Positions 1 through 14,122 of a stretch of DNA of 64,000 nucleotides are shown here, piece by piece (position 1 is the stretch's first letter; each line of letters starts with the position of its first letter). The stretch is taken from positions 73,098,001 to 73,162,000 of the forward strand of contig OX597816.1 of the NCBI GenBank assembly GCA_951406725.2, given 5' to 3'. The notes under the pieces were generated by a model. That model did no database searches. It had not been told where the DNA came from and saw only the letters and a list, made by a program, of their open reading frames with translations. Both the position numbers and the translations under genes were made by a program. Source of the DNA: Octopus vulgaris (lineage: Eukaryota).

Positions 1-296
<296 letters not shown>

Positions 297-400
297 AAAG
301 CGACCGATAGAATAAGTCCCGGGGTCGATTCATTGGACTAAAGGCGGTGCTCCAGTATGGCAGCAGTCAAATGAATGAAACAAGTAAAAGTGTAGAAAAG

Positions 401-486
<86 letters not shown>

Positions 487-487
487 C

Positions 488-527
<40 letters not shown>

Positions 528-589
528 ATATATATATATATACACATATATGCATGTATATACAATTATATTGATCAAGTTAAACATTA

Positions 590-748
590 GGTGTCTGGTG
601 GTATGTAGGTTGCTTACCAACCACATGATTTCGGGTCAGTCCCACTGTATGGCACCTTGGGCAATTATCTTGTACTATAGCTTCGGGCCGACCAAAGCCT
701 TGTGAATGGATTTGGTAGACGGAAACTGAAAGAAGCCTGTTGTATTTG

Positions 749-781
<33 letters not shown>

Positions 782-985
782 TTGTCCCCCCTCCCCAACA
801 TCGCTTGACAACCGATGCTGGTGTTTTTACGTCCCCGTAACGTTAGCGGTTCAACAAAAAGAGACCTATGGAATAAGTACAAAGCTTACAAAGAATAAGT
901 CAAGGGGGGGGGAAATTGCTCGACTAAAGGCGGTGCTCCAGCATGGCGCAGTTAAATGACTGAAACAAATATAAGAATAAAAGAA
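590..985 (+). mobile_element. SINE family A (tRNA-derived, CORE-like), near full length
   Basis: tRNA-like head, CORE-like ggcaccttgggcaa, internal (TA)/(TG) tract, 3' tail gctccagcatggc-hairpin-gaaac-(ataaaaga)n; more than 10 copies in the window. Confidence 0.85.
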
Positions 986-1054
986 ATTATATTATTATTA
1001 TTATTATTATTATTATTTATTATCATCATCATTATTATTAGTATTATTAGTATA

Positions 1055-1130
<76 letters not shown>
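985..1130. repeat. (ATT)n microsatellite (representative; dozens of di-, tri- and tetranucleotide tracts occur throughout)
   Basis: Direct reading. Confidence 0.98.
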
Positions 1131-1131
<1 letters not shown>

Positions 1132-1146
1132 TATTATCATCATCAT

Positions 1147-1219
<73 letters not shown>

Positions 1220-1321
1220 TATATATATATACATACATATACATACATACATATATATATGTGTGATATATGGATTCAGCTTATAACTTTATCTACCCAT
1301 TTATCCATCTATTTATCTCTA

Positions 1322-1368
<47 letters not shown>

Positions 1369-1387
1369 GTATATATCTATATATCTA

Positions 1388-1570
<183 letters not shown>

Positions 1571-1659
1571 CATACAAACATATACATGTATCTCCTGCAT
1601 CTTCTTTCGTAGGCCCATTCGCTCGTATACACAGATAGATAGAAAGACAGACAGACAGC

Positions 1660-1773
<114 letters not shown>

Positions 1774-2382
1774 TGGAAAGCGGATAGAGACATAGTATTC
1801 TGTATCACGACCTTCCTGACTCCTCTCAGATTTCCTCAAATATAGCTGTCTGCTCTTCTTGCCAGATCTACGTAGATACGAAGTGATACTGTTATGTCGG
1901 TGTGTATCTATATTCGAAAAGATCGTGCACGAAAATTTATTTAAATATTTCACTATCCGCCGGACGTTTATCTGCTATTTAACATTATAATTAAAGGACA
2001 ACTGCCGGACAAGATGAATAATTGCTATTGGGCCGATCTGTGCTTCTAATCTTTCCGGATCGTTAACATACGCGCCAATAACATTACTTGTGGTTGCGTT
2101 GTTGTTGTTGTTGTTGTTGTTGTGATGGTGGTGGTAATGGTTGGTGTTGTTGTTGATGATGTTGATGGAGGTGTTTGTGGTGTGGCAGCGGTGGTTGTGA
2201 TCGTGGTGTGGCATGGTATCAAATGCGGCCAAATGATGATCGTTACAAAGCATCTGTGGCTAGTGTCGTTGTTTACAAACTGGTTGTGGTTGTGGTGGTG
2301 GTGGTGGTTCTTGTAGTAGTGGTGGTAATGATGATGACGGTGATGGTAGTGGTGACGATGGTGGTGATGATGGTGATGACGG

Positions 2383-2772
2383 TGGCAGAAACGTTAGCAC
2401 GCCGGGCGAAATGCGTAGCCGTATTTCGTCTGCCGTTATGTTCCGAGTTCAAATTCCGCCGAGGTCGACTTTACCTTTCATCCTTTCGGGGTCGATTAAA
2501 TAAGTACCAGTTACGCCCTGGGGTCGATATAATCGACTTAATCCGTTTGTCTGTCCTTGTTTGTCTTCTCTGTGTGTAGCCCCTTGTGGGTAGTAAAGAA
2601 ATAGGTATTTCGTCTGCCGTTACGTTCTGAGTTCAAATTCCGCCGAGGTCGAATTTTCCTTTCATCCTTTCGGGGTCAATAAATTAAGTACCAGTTACGC
2701 TCTGCGGTCGATGTAATCGACTGGCACCCCTCCCCCCCAAATTTCGGGCCTTGTGCCTATAGTAGAAACGAA
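2383..2772 (+). mobile_element. SINE family B (tRNA-derived; central gaggtcgactttgcctttcatcctttcggggtcgat domain, Meta/MESC-like), dimeric copy
   Basis: A-box-like tggcagaaacgttagc and B-box gagttcaaattcc; a second unit restarts at 2604. Confidence 0.85.
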
Positions 2773-2839
2773 TTTCACGATCAGGCATTCGGTTGATCGA
2801 ACAACTAAATCCCTTTAACTCCAAACCGAGGGATTATAT

Positions 2840-3035
2840 TGTCGTTCTTGTTTAGCCCTGCCCAACCCTAAACGAGCACACATATAATCAAAGGGGAAAC
2901 CCACTCATGGCCAACTCATCTGCTTAAGGACACGAAAGACACTATCTAACTATCTTTTCTGGTAGGGTGTTTTGCAGAAGATTTAGTAACTATTTCTAGC
3001 ACGGCAAGTGACCATTTAGGGGTTTCGTCGTTGAC
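2840..3035 (-). mobile_element. Degenerate interspersed repeat, family D
   Basis: Shares a ctagaaatagcagccaaatc-like motif with copies near 13240, 30490, 34050, 42875 and 59930. Confidence 0.55.
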
Positions 3036-3074
3036 TTAGTGACGTTAGCGTTGTTAGTATACTCTTTTGAGGTT

Positions 3075-3470
3075 TTCATTTGTTTCAATCGTTGGTCTAG
3101 GGCCATTCTGGAGCACTACCTTGACGGGTTTCATCATACAAATCGGCCCTAGTATTTATTTAAAAAAAAAAACCGGTACTTATTCTATCGTCCCTTTTGC
3201 CGAATCTCTAAGTTACGGAGACATAAACAAACTAACACCTGTTGTCAAGAGGGAACGAACATAAGCACAAATATGCACATACACATACATATATATACAG
3301 ATACACAACGGACTTCCATACCGTTTCCTTTTACTAACTTCAATCGCAAAACATTGGTCTGTCTGGGTCTATAGTTGAAAACAATTGCCTAAGGTGCCGC
3401 ACAGCGGAACTGAACACGAGACCACGTAGTAGCAAAGCAAGATTCTTAACCACACAGCCATGCATGCGCC
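3075..3470 (-). mobile_element. SINE family A, diverged
   Basis: Reverse-strand match to the family A head (ggcgcatgcatggctgtgtggttaag) and tail. Confidence 0.8.
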
Positions 3471-3869
3471 ATAGAGAAACAAAAGAGAGAAAACAGGGGT
3501 CTCTTGTATTCTTGGCAAAAATTCTTCATTGAGGATGTGTACTTTTAATGAAATTGTAATATAGGTTTCACGTGACAGCGGAGGAGGAGTTATAGAGATA
3601 AAACATTATGTATATTTATTGACTGTGTAAAAAGGATTGTATGTGGGTCGTTATATATTTTTAAGTTAATTAATTGAAAATTTCGTCTTAAATGAAGAAA
3701 GAAATGAATAAGCCTACCGGCAATTATTAGCAAGTCTTATGGAAAAGGGGAGATAATATCAAAGGAGAAATTACGAATTAATGTTTCATGGCTAATTTGC
3801 ATTGATTACATTACAATGTACAGTACAGTGCTTTTTACGTTGATGCAAATATACACACACACACATATA

Positions 3870-4615
<746 letters not shown>

Positions 4616-4744
4616 TATATACGACTACTATTCAGGAGGTTGCAAGACGCAACGAAAATTTTAGGAAGAACAAATGGAAATCGAACCGGTGAGTGTGTTG
4701 AGTAACAAACCACTAAAAGAGAATGACTCTTCCCAAACACAATA

Positions 4745-4817
<73 letters not shown>

Positions 4818-4827
4818 TATGTGTGTG

Positions 4828-4995
4828 TGAAGATGCGATTGTAAGACCAGGAGTTTGATTTCTGGCGACGCGTTTTGTCCTTTAGTAAGGCCCTTTACTT
4901 CCCGTTACTCCAGTCCACTCAGCTGGCAATAATGAGTAATACTTGTATTTCAAAATGGCCAGCCTTGTCACATCCTGTGTCACGCTGAAAATTCC
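4828..4995 (+). mobile_element. SINE family C (CORE-like), partial
   Basis: gttactccagtccactcagctggc...aatgagt matches the copy at 18197-18517. Confidence 0.65.
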
Positions 4996-5204
4996 AGTAA
5001 ACTATTTATGCATGTATGTATTTCATGTTAAACTCTCCATCGACTTCGTTAAGTGATCATTTCTTCTGCAAAAAAAAAAAAAAAAAGAAAATGCTGCCAA
5101 GGATACGAGAGACTCAATTTTCTCTCTTTTGTTTTCTGTATGACGCAGAGACCTACATTAACGCTTAGCACTCACGTAGTTTCATGTGTACTTTCACTTC
5201 TATG

Positions 5205-5455
5205 AGGCTCGTTGGGCAAATGTTTTCTACTATAGCCTGGAACGAAGACGAATGCCTTGTGAGTGAATTTGGTAGACAGAAACTATGTGAAAGACTATCG
5301 TGTGTGTGTGTTTGTGTGTGTATATGTTTGTGCGTATTTATGTGTGCGTGTATGTGTGTGTGTGTCATTTTGTGTTTGTCCCCTACCACTACTTGACAAC
5401 GTGCGTTAGTTTGGTTGCATTCCCCCATTGGAGAAGATAGAATAAGTACCAGATG
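5205..5455 (+). mobile_element. SINE family A, internal fragment
   Basis: ttgggcaaatgttttctactatagcc...gccttgtgagtgaatttggtagac. Confidence 0.7.
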
Positions 5456-5815
5456 AAAACTGAAAATTAGAGATCGAAACATGAATGTGTGTGTGTGTGT
5501 GGGGGGGGGTGCATGTGTCAGTGTTTGTGTTTCTGTGTGTGTGTGTATCTGTGTGTATGTGTTAGAAACCGAAACATAAGTGTGTGCGTGTGCGCGCGCG
5601 TGTATAAGACAAGGTATAAACAATGGTACTACATACTTTTCCTTTATTGGAGTGAAATTGACTGACAGCTGTTTCAAGTCGTCATTATCGACTCGTTACT
5701 AATGGGTTATTATTCAATTGGTCTATAGATCAGTGATATATATATATACATTCGTTACAATTTAGAATGTGACTCAAGGACCGAGAATACCGCGCATTTC
5801 ATAAATGCTACATGC

Positions 5816-5856
5816 TAAGTTTGATGAGTGCCAATGCATGAAACTCTAGGCCCTTG
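5816..5856 (+). ncRNA. Degenerate type I HHR motif in a short (TA)n-flanked insert
   Basis: taagt-TTGATGA-gtgc caat gcat-GAAA-ctctag-GC-ccttg; helix II intact, core mutated. Confidence 0.4.
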
Positions 5857-5919
5857 AGAGACAATGTAACTTCTGCCAATTAAAAGTAACTTGTAATATA
5901 TATACACAGACAGAAGGAT

Positions 5920-5950
<31 letters not shown>

Positions 5951-5973
5951 AAGAGATAGATAGATAGAGAGAG

Positions 5974-6050
<77 letters not shown>

Positions 6051-6232
6051 CGCCCTTCCCCCGTATACACACATACATATTGATTACTTTGCTGTGATTT
6101 GTGTCTGAAGCAAAAAGCAGCTGTCTCCAATGGTATTCAACAGGATCGAAAGTCTTCTATGCAATGTCGCTTATATTCCAGAATACTCTGTCAGTGCATA
6201 TGTATATATATATATATATATATATAAAATAT

Positions 6233-6312
6233 TATTAGAGACAAAACACTATTTTGCATATGTATTGATTAATCTTCCTTGTTTGTTTTCAAAATATGTT
6301 TTGTCTCTAATA
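6233..6312. repeat. Inverted repeat at the edge of a (TA)n-flanked insert
   Basis: tattagagacaaaaca (6233-6248) pairs with tgttttgtctctaata (6297-6312). Confidence 0.8.
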
Positions 6313-6387
6313 TTTTAATATTTTACTATAAAATTGGATTTAATCCTAAATCTGATTTTTTCCCTGTAATTTTGGATTTATTCCCTA

Positions 6388-6444
<57 letters not shown>

Positions 6445-6475
6445 GTATGTATATATATATGTGTGTGTGTGTGCA

Positions 6476-6521
<46 letters not shown>

Positions 6522-6796
6522 CACACACACGTTATGTATCTGCAATAGATTAAAATAGGCATCTGTGAATCATAAATAATGTAGATATATCTCGAAAACG
6601 CAAATTTACTGTGGTATTTGTCCAGTGATAGTATTTCTTATGCGTTTTGAATCGCATACTCTTCTCAATATACATATAGCTAAGCACATTTAGACTTACA
6701 TTCAGATTATATACACCTACAAACAATTATCACACCCTGAATATCTTCCTATACCACACGCAACAATGCGTATATATACATATATACAATGTATAT

Positions 6797-7102
<306 letters not shown>

Positions 7103-7152
7103 TGTATGTATGTATGCATGTATGTATGTATGTATGTATATGTATATGTATA

Positions 7153-7189
<37 letters not shown>

Positions 7190-7484
7190 TGTACATATAT
7201 ATATTTTATACATATATATATTATATATATATGGGTGCGTATGTACGCATGTACCTGCATTTCAATGTTCTCGTATGTGTGTGCATGTGTGTGTGCGAAT
7301 GTTCGTATGTGCATGCAAGCGTGTATTTGTGTGTGTGTGTGTGTGTGTGCGCGCATGTGTGCGTGTGTATTCGTATATATCCATGCGCCCACATACTCAT
7401 GTGTGGGTGTATGTGTGTGTATGTGTGTGTATGTGTATGTGTGAATATACAATAATGTGTAGATGGATATATGCATGTGTGTAC

Positions 7485-7523
<39 letters not shown>

Positions 7524-8029
7524 TGTGTGTGTGTGTGTGTGCTACCATGAATTTACAATTTACAAGCTGCAATAAACTCACAAAAATCAATAAATTTGTG
7601 AAACATCCAACAACTGCTCAATTAAAATATCTTCAAGCCGATAAGTCAGCAAAAAAAAAAAACAAAACAAACAAAACAAAAACATACACTAAACAACAGC
7701 AACAAAAAAAGCCAAAACAAAAATGAACACAACAACAACAACAAAAGCTACAACAGCAACAACAATTGCAACCACAAAAATTCGCCAAGAAAAATCCGAG
7801 CGTAATTAAATAAACACGTCAATAAACGAAATAATCGGAATAATAAGAATAAAAGAATGAAAGAATGATCAAATAAACGAATGAAAGAATAAAAGAACGA
7901 ACGAATGATCGAATAAACGAATGAAAACGAAATTAATAAATGATGAATCAAAAGGATGCGCATATTATTATTATCATCATCATCATCATCATCATCATCA
8001 TTTTTATATTATAATTACTATTATTATTA

Positions 8030-8091
<62 letters not shown>

Positions 8092-8637
8092 GTCATCATT
8101 GTTGTTTAGGCGTATTTTTTTTACATTTATATCTAAAATTTGTTTTTTGTTTTCTTCTCTTTTTTCTGATATGTTGTTGATGGCGGTGGTGGTGGTGGTG
8201 GTGTCTATTATATCCTTTACACTCCCCCACCTCCACCACCACCACCACGAAGATCACGACGACCACAACGACGAGATCATTAACACCACCACCGCCATTT
8301 CTCCACTGCAGATCACCGTCAACACTTGAAACCTCATAATTAAAATGAATGTTAATAAAACGAAAAACTTGATTGTCGTTAATATAGTGTTTGCTTTTAT
8401 TGTTGTTCTTGCCGTTGTTGTTGTTGTTATTGTTGTTCTCGTTTCTGTTTGAATCGGAATTTGCTTCGTTTTTTTGTGTTTTTGTAGTTCTGCTCTTTTT
8501 TTTGTACAATGTGGAAGAGGTGGGGGAGGAGGAAGGAATGTAAGAGGAAGTTTGTGGGACCGGAATGGTAGGGAGTGGGAGAGAGGGCAAAAGCGAACAA
8601 CGAAAAAGAAGAAAAAAGAAAATATAGGAGGAGAAGT

Positions 8638-8673
<36 letters not shown>

Positions 8674-9166
8674 AGCTAAGGTGGAGGGTTTGAGATTGGA
8701 ACCAACGGTGGAGGAAAAGGAGGAACAGGAGTAGGAGGAAGACGAAGTGAAGAGGGAGAGAGCAGGTGAAGGGAGGAGGAAAGGCAGACGAAGAGGAGGA
8801 GGAGGGGGATATGAGTGTTAAGGAGAAGACGAAGAGATATGGTCTCTTTTAATTGCCACAAGGACGATAGATGATCAAATTTTCGCCCAATTCTTTCCAA
8901 CGGTTTGCTGGTGTGTGTATGTGTGTAGTTTTGTTGTTGGTAGGGGGGGCGGTTGAGTGGGGACTTAGGGATCTAATGAATAATTCCGTAGCAGTGATAG
9001 TATATTATTACTAATCTGTATTCACTTCAAACAAGAGGAGCGCAATTGTTGGTGGCACACGCCATTTTTCAGACAAAATTAACTAATCATTAAGGAGAAG
9101 AGAAGAATTTCTATTTTTCATCAAAGATTCATATTATTATTCTTCCAAACCGTTAATGGTAATGAC

Positions 9167-9210
<44 letters not shown>

Positions 9211-9278
9211 CGAAGATGATGTTGATGATGATGGTGATGACGACGACGACGATGTTGATGATGACGACGACGACGACA

Positions 9279-9507
9279 GGCGGCGAACTGGCAGAAACGT
9301 TAGCACGCCGGGCGAAATGCGTAGTCGTATTTCGTCTGCCGTTACGTTCTGGGTTCAAATTCCGCCGAGGTCGACTTTGCCTTTCATCCTTTCGGGGTCG
9401 ATAAATTAAGTACCAGTTACGCACTGGGGTCGCTATAATCGACTTAATCCGTTTGTCTGTCCTTGTTTGTCCTCTCTGTGTTTAGCCCCTTGTGGGTAGT
9501 AAAGAAA

Positions 9508-9508
<1 letters not shown>
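9279..9508 (+). mobile_element. SINE family B, full-length monomer within (GAT)n
   Basis: ggcggcgaactggcagaaacg...gtaaagaaat. Confidence 0.9.
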
Positions 9509-9569
<61 letters not shown>

Positions 9570-9589
9570 AAGGAAGAGGGGAAGGAGGA

Positions 9590-10120
9590 GGAGGATTGTG
9601 GTTTCAAACAGTGACATAACGCCAGCAGTTTCGTGGAGAAAGGGGCCTAGTTGATATCATCAATAATGCCAGAGTTATTTTTTCGACACTGAAAGCATGT
9701 AAAGCAAAATATACCCTCGGCGGCATTTGATTTCAGAACTTCAAGAGTCTAGTCAAAAGACACCAGACGATTAGCTTAGTCCAACAAAAATAATAATGGT
9801 TTCAAGTTTCGGCTTAAAGCCCATAATTTTCAGGAAGGGGGCTAAGTCGATTACACTGACCCCCGGTTCTCAATTGGTACTAATTTTATCGACTCTGAAA
9901 GAATGAAAGTAAAGTCGATCTCAGCAACATTTGGACTCAGCACATTAATCCGGAAGAAATAATCCTTTCTACTGGAAGCACAAGGCCTCAGATTTTGCGA
10001 GAAGGGATTAAGTCGATAACATTGATCCCAGTGCGTTACTGGTACATAATTTATCAACCCTGAGAGGATGAAAGGCAAAGTCGACTTCGGCGGAAAATGA
10101 ATTCAGAAAGTAGCGACGAG
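9590..10120 (-). mobile_element. Cluster of diverged SINE family B fragments
   Basis: Repeated ggatgaaaggcaaagtcgac and tggtac...tttatcga motifs. Confidence 0.7.
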
Positions 10121-10487
10121 CTGGAGCACCGTCTTGAAGGTAGTTAGTCTAAGAAATCGATCCCAGGATTTCTTCTTAGTAAACCTAGCATTTATTCTAT
10201 CGGATACTTTTGCCGAACCGCTAAGTTACGGTTACGTAAACACACCACCATTGTTGTCAAGCGATGATGGGGGGACAAGCACAAACACACGCACAAATAT
10301 ACATGTATACATACTTACACACACACACACACACATACATATATATATGATGGACTTTTTAAAGTTTTCGTGTACCAAATCCACTCACACGGCTTTGGCC
10401 GGTCCGAAGGTATAGTAGAATACACTTGCTCACGGTGCCATGCAGTGGGACTGAACCTGGAACCATGTGGCTGGGAAGCAAACTTAT
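10120..10487 (-). mobile_element. SINE family A
   Basis: gccgaaccgctaagttacg...cagtgggactgaacctggaaccatgtgg. Confidence 0.8.
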
Positions 10488-10603
10488 GTATATGTGTGCG
10501 GGTATGCAAGTATGTATGCATATACATACACATATATATACACACATATATATAAAAATGTATATGTATATATGTATATATATATATGTATTATGCATGT
10601 TTG

Positions 10604-10639
<36 letters not shown>

Positions 10640-10640
<1 letters not shown>

Positions 10641-10779
10641 TTCCTTGCTAACCACATGGTTCCGGGTTCAGTCCCACTGCATGGTACCTTATGCATCTAT
10701 TCTCTAGTACAGACTTGGGCCGACTAAAACCTTGTGAGTGAATCTGGTAGACAGAAACTGAAAGAAGGCTGTCGTATAT

Positions 10780-10780
<1 letters not shown>
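10640..10780 (+). mobile_element. SINE family A, 5' half
   Basis: aaccacatggttccgggttcagtcccactgc...gaaactgaaagaag. Confidence 0.8.
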
Positions 10781-10826
<46 letters not shown>

Positions 10827-10953
10827 TTATAGGGTAGGGTCGATAAAAAAAAAGTATCAGTTCAGTATTGGGGTCAATGTAATCCACCGCACCCCAAAAT
10901 TGCAGGATTTGTGCATATAGTAGAATATATTATTATTATTATTATTATTTTTA

Positions 10954-11027
<74 letters not shown>

Positions 11028-12312
11028 ATTATTATTATTTTCGTTATTGTCAATGTGCCTCTTTGAACAAGCAGCGACAGCAGCATTATTTGTGCAGTAA
11101 AGCTACAAAACAAACTTGCCTTAATCCTAGAAGTAGAAAACTACATTACACGGACTAGTTAAATATGTCTGCCTGCCAGATAATCCATCTGCTTATCTCA
11201 GCAACGGTGAAATCTCGATTAAATATTGAAATTTTACATCATTACGTGGAAATGATTAGCAAAATTAAATATACGCTTTCCTGATGGGAGAAACGTTATA
11301 CAGGCACATACACGGACTCGCATACGCACACCCATTCCCACAGATATACACATATAGATATACACACACATATGCATACATATACTTATATACATAGACA
11401 TACACACATATGTCATTGTTCAGTTTTATTCCAAGATTTCTTGCCAGTAGGGAAAGACCCGGTTTCTAACCTAGATCCAAGGCTCCTTCATTGGAATTTC
11501 AACATCAACACCAGGGTATTTTTGTATGTATGTACGTACGTATGTATGTATGAATGTATGTATGTATGCATGTATGTATGTATGTATGTATGTATGTATG
11601 CATGCATGCATGTATGCATGTATGTATGTACGTATGCATACATGTATGTATGTATGTCTTTATGTATGTATGTATGTATGTATGTATGTTTATATGTATG
11701 TATGTATATATATATAAGCATGTATGTATGTATTTATGCATGTATTACTATATGTGTGTACAATCTTAAAACATAAATATATGTGAGGCTTTTTTCTTTT
11801 AGTGTGTATGTGTACGTGTGTGTCTGTGTGTGTGTGTTGTATGTATATATGTATGTGTATGTATGCTCTTCATCGTCACTCATGTTTACGCTGGATTCAC
11901 TAACGTGCCTCAGCTTATAGTTTGCATTTTCAATTTCTCAATCTTCGTCTTCAACTAATTCCGTTTCATTTACAATTATCTTCTCTTTAATCTGTTTTAA
12001 TCTTACACTGTAAGCAAATGCTTGTTTTACCTTTTCGTATATACTTTTTATTTTTTGGTAACTCTTGCTCAGTTAATTAAGTAAAGTATTTATTTTCCAT
12101 TCGTAGGGTATCCCTCTCCTATCCTTACGTCAACATCATTAATTCCACTTCGTAGTTTACCAGTTCATGCAATCTGTGAAGAAGGGATGGTATGGACTGG
12201 TGTAGACGGAAATTGCAAGCCCCTGCTTTGTCTACCTTTCTCCTAAGCTCAAGTCCCTGCATTATCCACCTTAGCTCTTTCTGTTCGGAATCTCCCAAAT
12301 CCAAGACCACAG

Positions 12313-12590
12313 TCCATCTATCCATAATCAGATCCCACAATTCGGGGGAGCATTGTGAGGGTAGAGTTCTATGGCATTTCCTCCATATCAGAAGCAACCG
12401 TCTATGGCACTTTCTGTCAGAAGCAATCGTCATTACACTTTTCTGCTGGATTCCCAAGCATGACCAATGGAAACTATGAGTATCATTTAACTATCTTGCT
12501 TGTGATCTATCCCTAGGTCTCTAGCCGGTTGTCTCTGCTAGAAGATTTTGTCTTGTGATTCTTTCCTGCGGCATTCTGACCACATGTCCG
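12313..12590 (-). mobile_element. RTE-clade LINE 3' fragment (pseudogenised ORF C-terminus)
   Basis: Minus-strand translation GHVVRMPQERITRQNLLAETTG*RPRDRSQAR*L...W..LGIQQ..V..IASDR matches the RTE ORF C-terminal pattern GHVxRM...GxRPRGRPxxRW; ends in a (tgga)-like tail. Confidence 0.7.
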
Positions 12591-12884
12591 ATTTTCCCGA
12601 GGAAACTCTCAAGGAAGGGAATTAACTGCTGGACTTGAAGAAACTTCCTGCCCTCCGATCTATGTACCCTGACGAATAACTTTCTCCAGAGAACCTTTGA
12701 AGAAATCCTATTTCAGCTAAATCCAGAGTGAAAATTGAAATCCGAAAGATATGGATTCAGAACATAGAAGGAATCTATTACAAATCTTTCGAAATTCTCA
12801 GACACAACTTTGCATTCTGAGCTCCAATTTAAACAAAGTCCACAAGGTCCCACATACTTCTGCAATGCAGGTTTAGTTTTAATT

Positions 12885-13044
12885 TCCGTTCTGAGTTCAA
12901 ATTCCACCGAGGTCGACGTTACTTTTCATCCTTTCGTGGGTCGATAAATTAAGTACCAGTTGCGTATTGGGGTCGATCTAATCGACCCCCGCCAAAAAAA
13001 AAACAAAAAAAAATTCAGGCCTTGTGCCTAGAGTAGAAAAGAAT
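12885..13044 (+). mobile_element. SINE family B, 5'-truncated
   Basis: cgttctgagttcaaattccaccgaggtcgac...ggccttgtgcctagagtagaaaag. Confidence 0.85.
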
Positions 13045-13594
13045 TATACTTGTTACAAGTTGTTGGTATCGGCATTAATTCATCTCCGATTGCAACAATC
13101 TGGGTACAACGCTATACTCGGGGTCTTTTCCAGCCTTTACTCAAATATATTTAATCTTGGATTGCATCATCCAATACGTATTTATTTTTTATTTTTCTGT
13201 TTTATTTTCCATACAACAGGAAGAATCTGGGGAAGATGTAGATTTTTGCTATTTCCAGCAGGTCAAGCCCTTTTCTAATTGGTTCATATATTCCATTCAG
13301 TAATGTTGTAAAATATCAAAGAAAGCTGTGACAAGAGATTGTTACATCATAATTTTCGATTTGAGATAGAGAAAACATTTTGCATGCAATCACAGTTGTA
13401 ATTTCATTTAATATATTTTTTACATACAACTTGTAAGATCATAATTTTATTCCAAGTTGTGACATGCCATAAATTTGAAGATGACAAGTATTTTCACATT
13501 TTTCTTAAATAACTTTGATGCACCATGAATTTCTGGTTATTAACACATAATGCGACAAAATCAATATACATACATATCTACACACACTCACACA

Positions 13595-13639
<45 letters not shown>

Positions 13640-13884
13640 TCAGACACTCACATACATATATTAAGTTTTACAAGGAACAGGTTGCCAATGACTTCAAGGT
13701 TTTGGCCAGACCATGATCATCAGACAACTTCATGCAATGAGCAAACGAAAGTTCTGATTAGAAAATTAATGTATAGGATGTGCTCAATTAAAAAGTATTG
13801 AATAATAGCTTTATATATAGCTTCATATAAAAACAATGATTAATATATGTGTGCGTGTGCGTGTGTGTCTTTGTGTAAGCACAC

Positions 13885-14122
13885 AAGATGGGAAAAAAAT
13901 AGTACTCGAATACCGGAGGTAGAGTAATATGCTTTTTTTTTTTTCATTATTAAAATTGCAAAAACATCTCAAAAGAAACTGCTAGCCAGAGTTTTACGTT
14001 CCTGTTCGTCGGGCAGTTGTGATCAAAAATTCTTGATCACAACTGCCTGACGAACGAGCACATGTAACTCTGTGTAGCAGTGTTTTGGGATATTTTTTGT
14101 TTTTGCAGGTTTTATAATAAAC
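13885..14122. mobile_element. Fold-back element family P3 with two HHR motifs in inverted arrangement
   Basis: Palindrome ~13947-14120 centred on gatcaaaaattcttgatc; HHR motif on each arm (13978-14017 minus, 14042-14081 plus); homologous to 39440-39580. Confidence 0.75.

Noticed and set aside
9279-9370. tRNA gene
   Set aside because: The A/B boxes belong to SINE heads, with no cloverleaf, and continue into SINE bodies; the same holds for all copies.
12665-12720. CTGACGA...GAAA motif
   Set aside because: No convincing helix I or helix II closure. Isolated boxes near 48834, 53556, 55821 and 56943 were dropped for the same reason.
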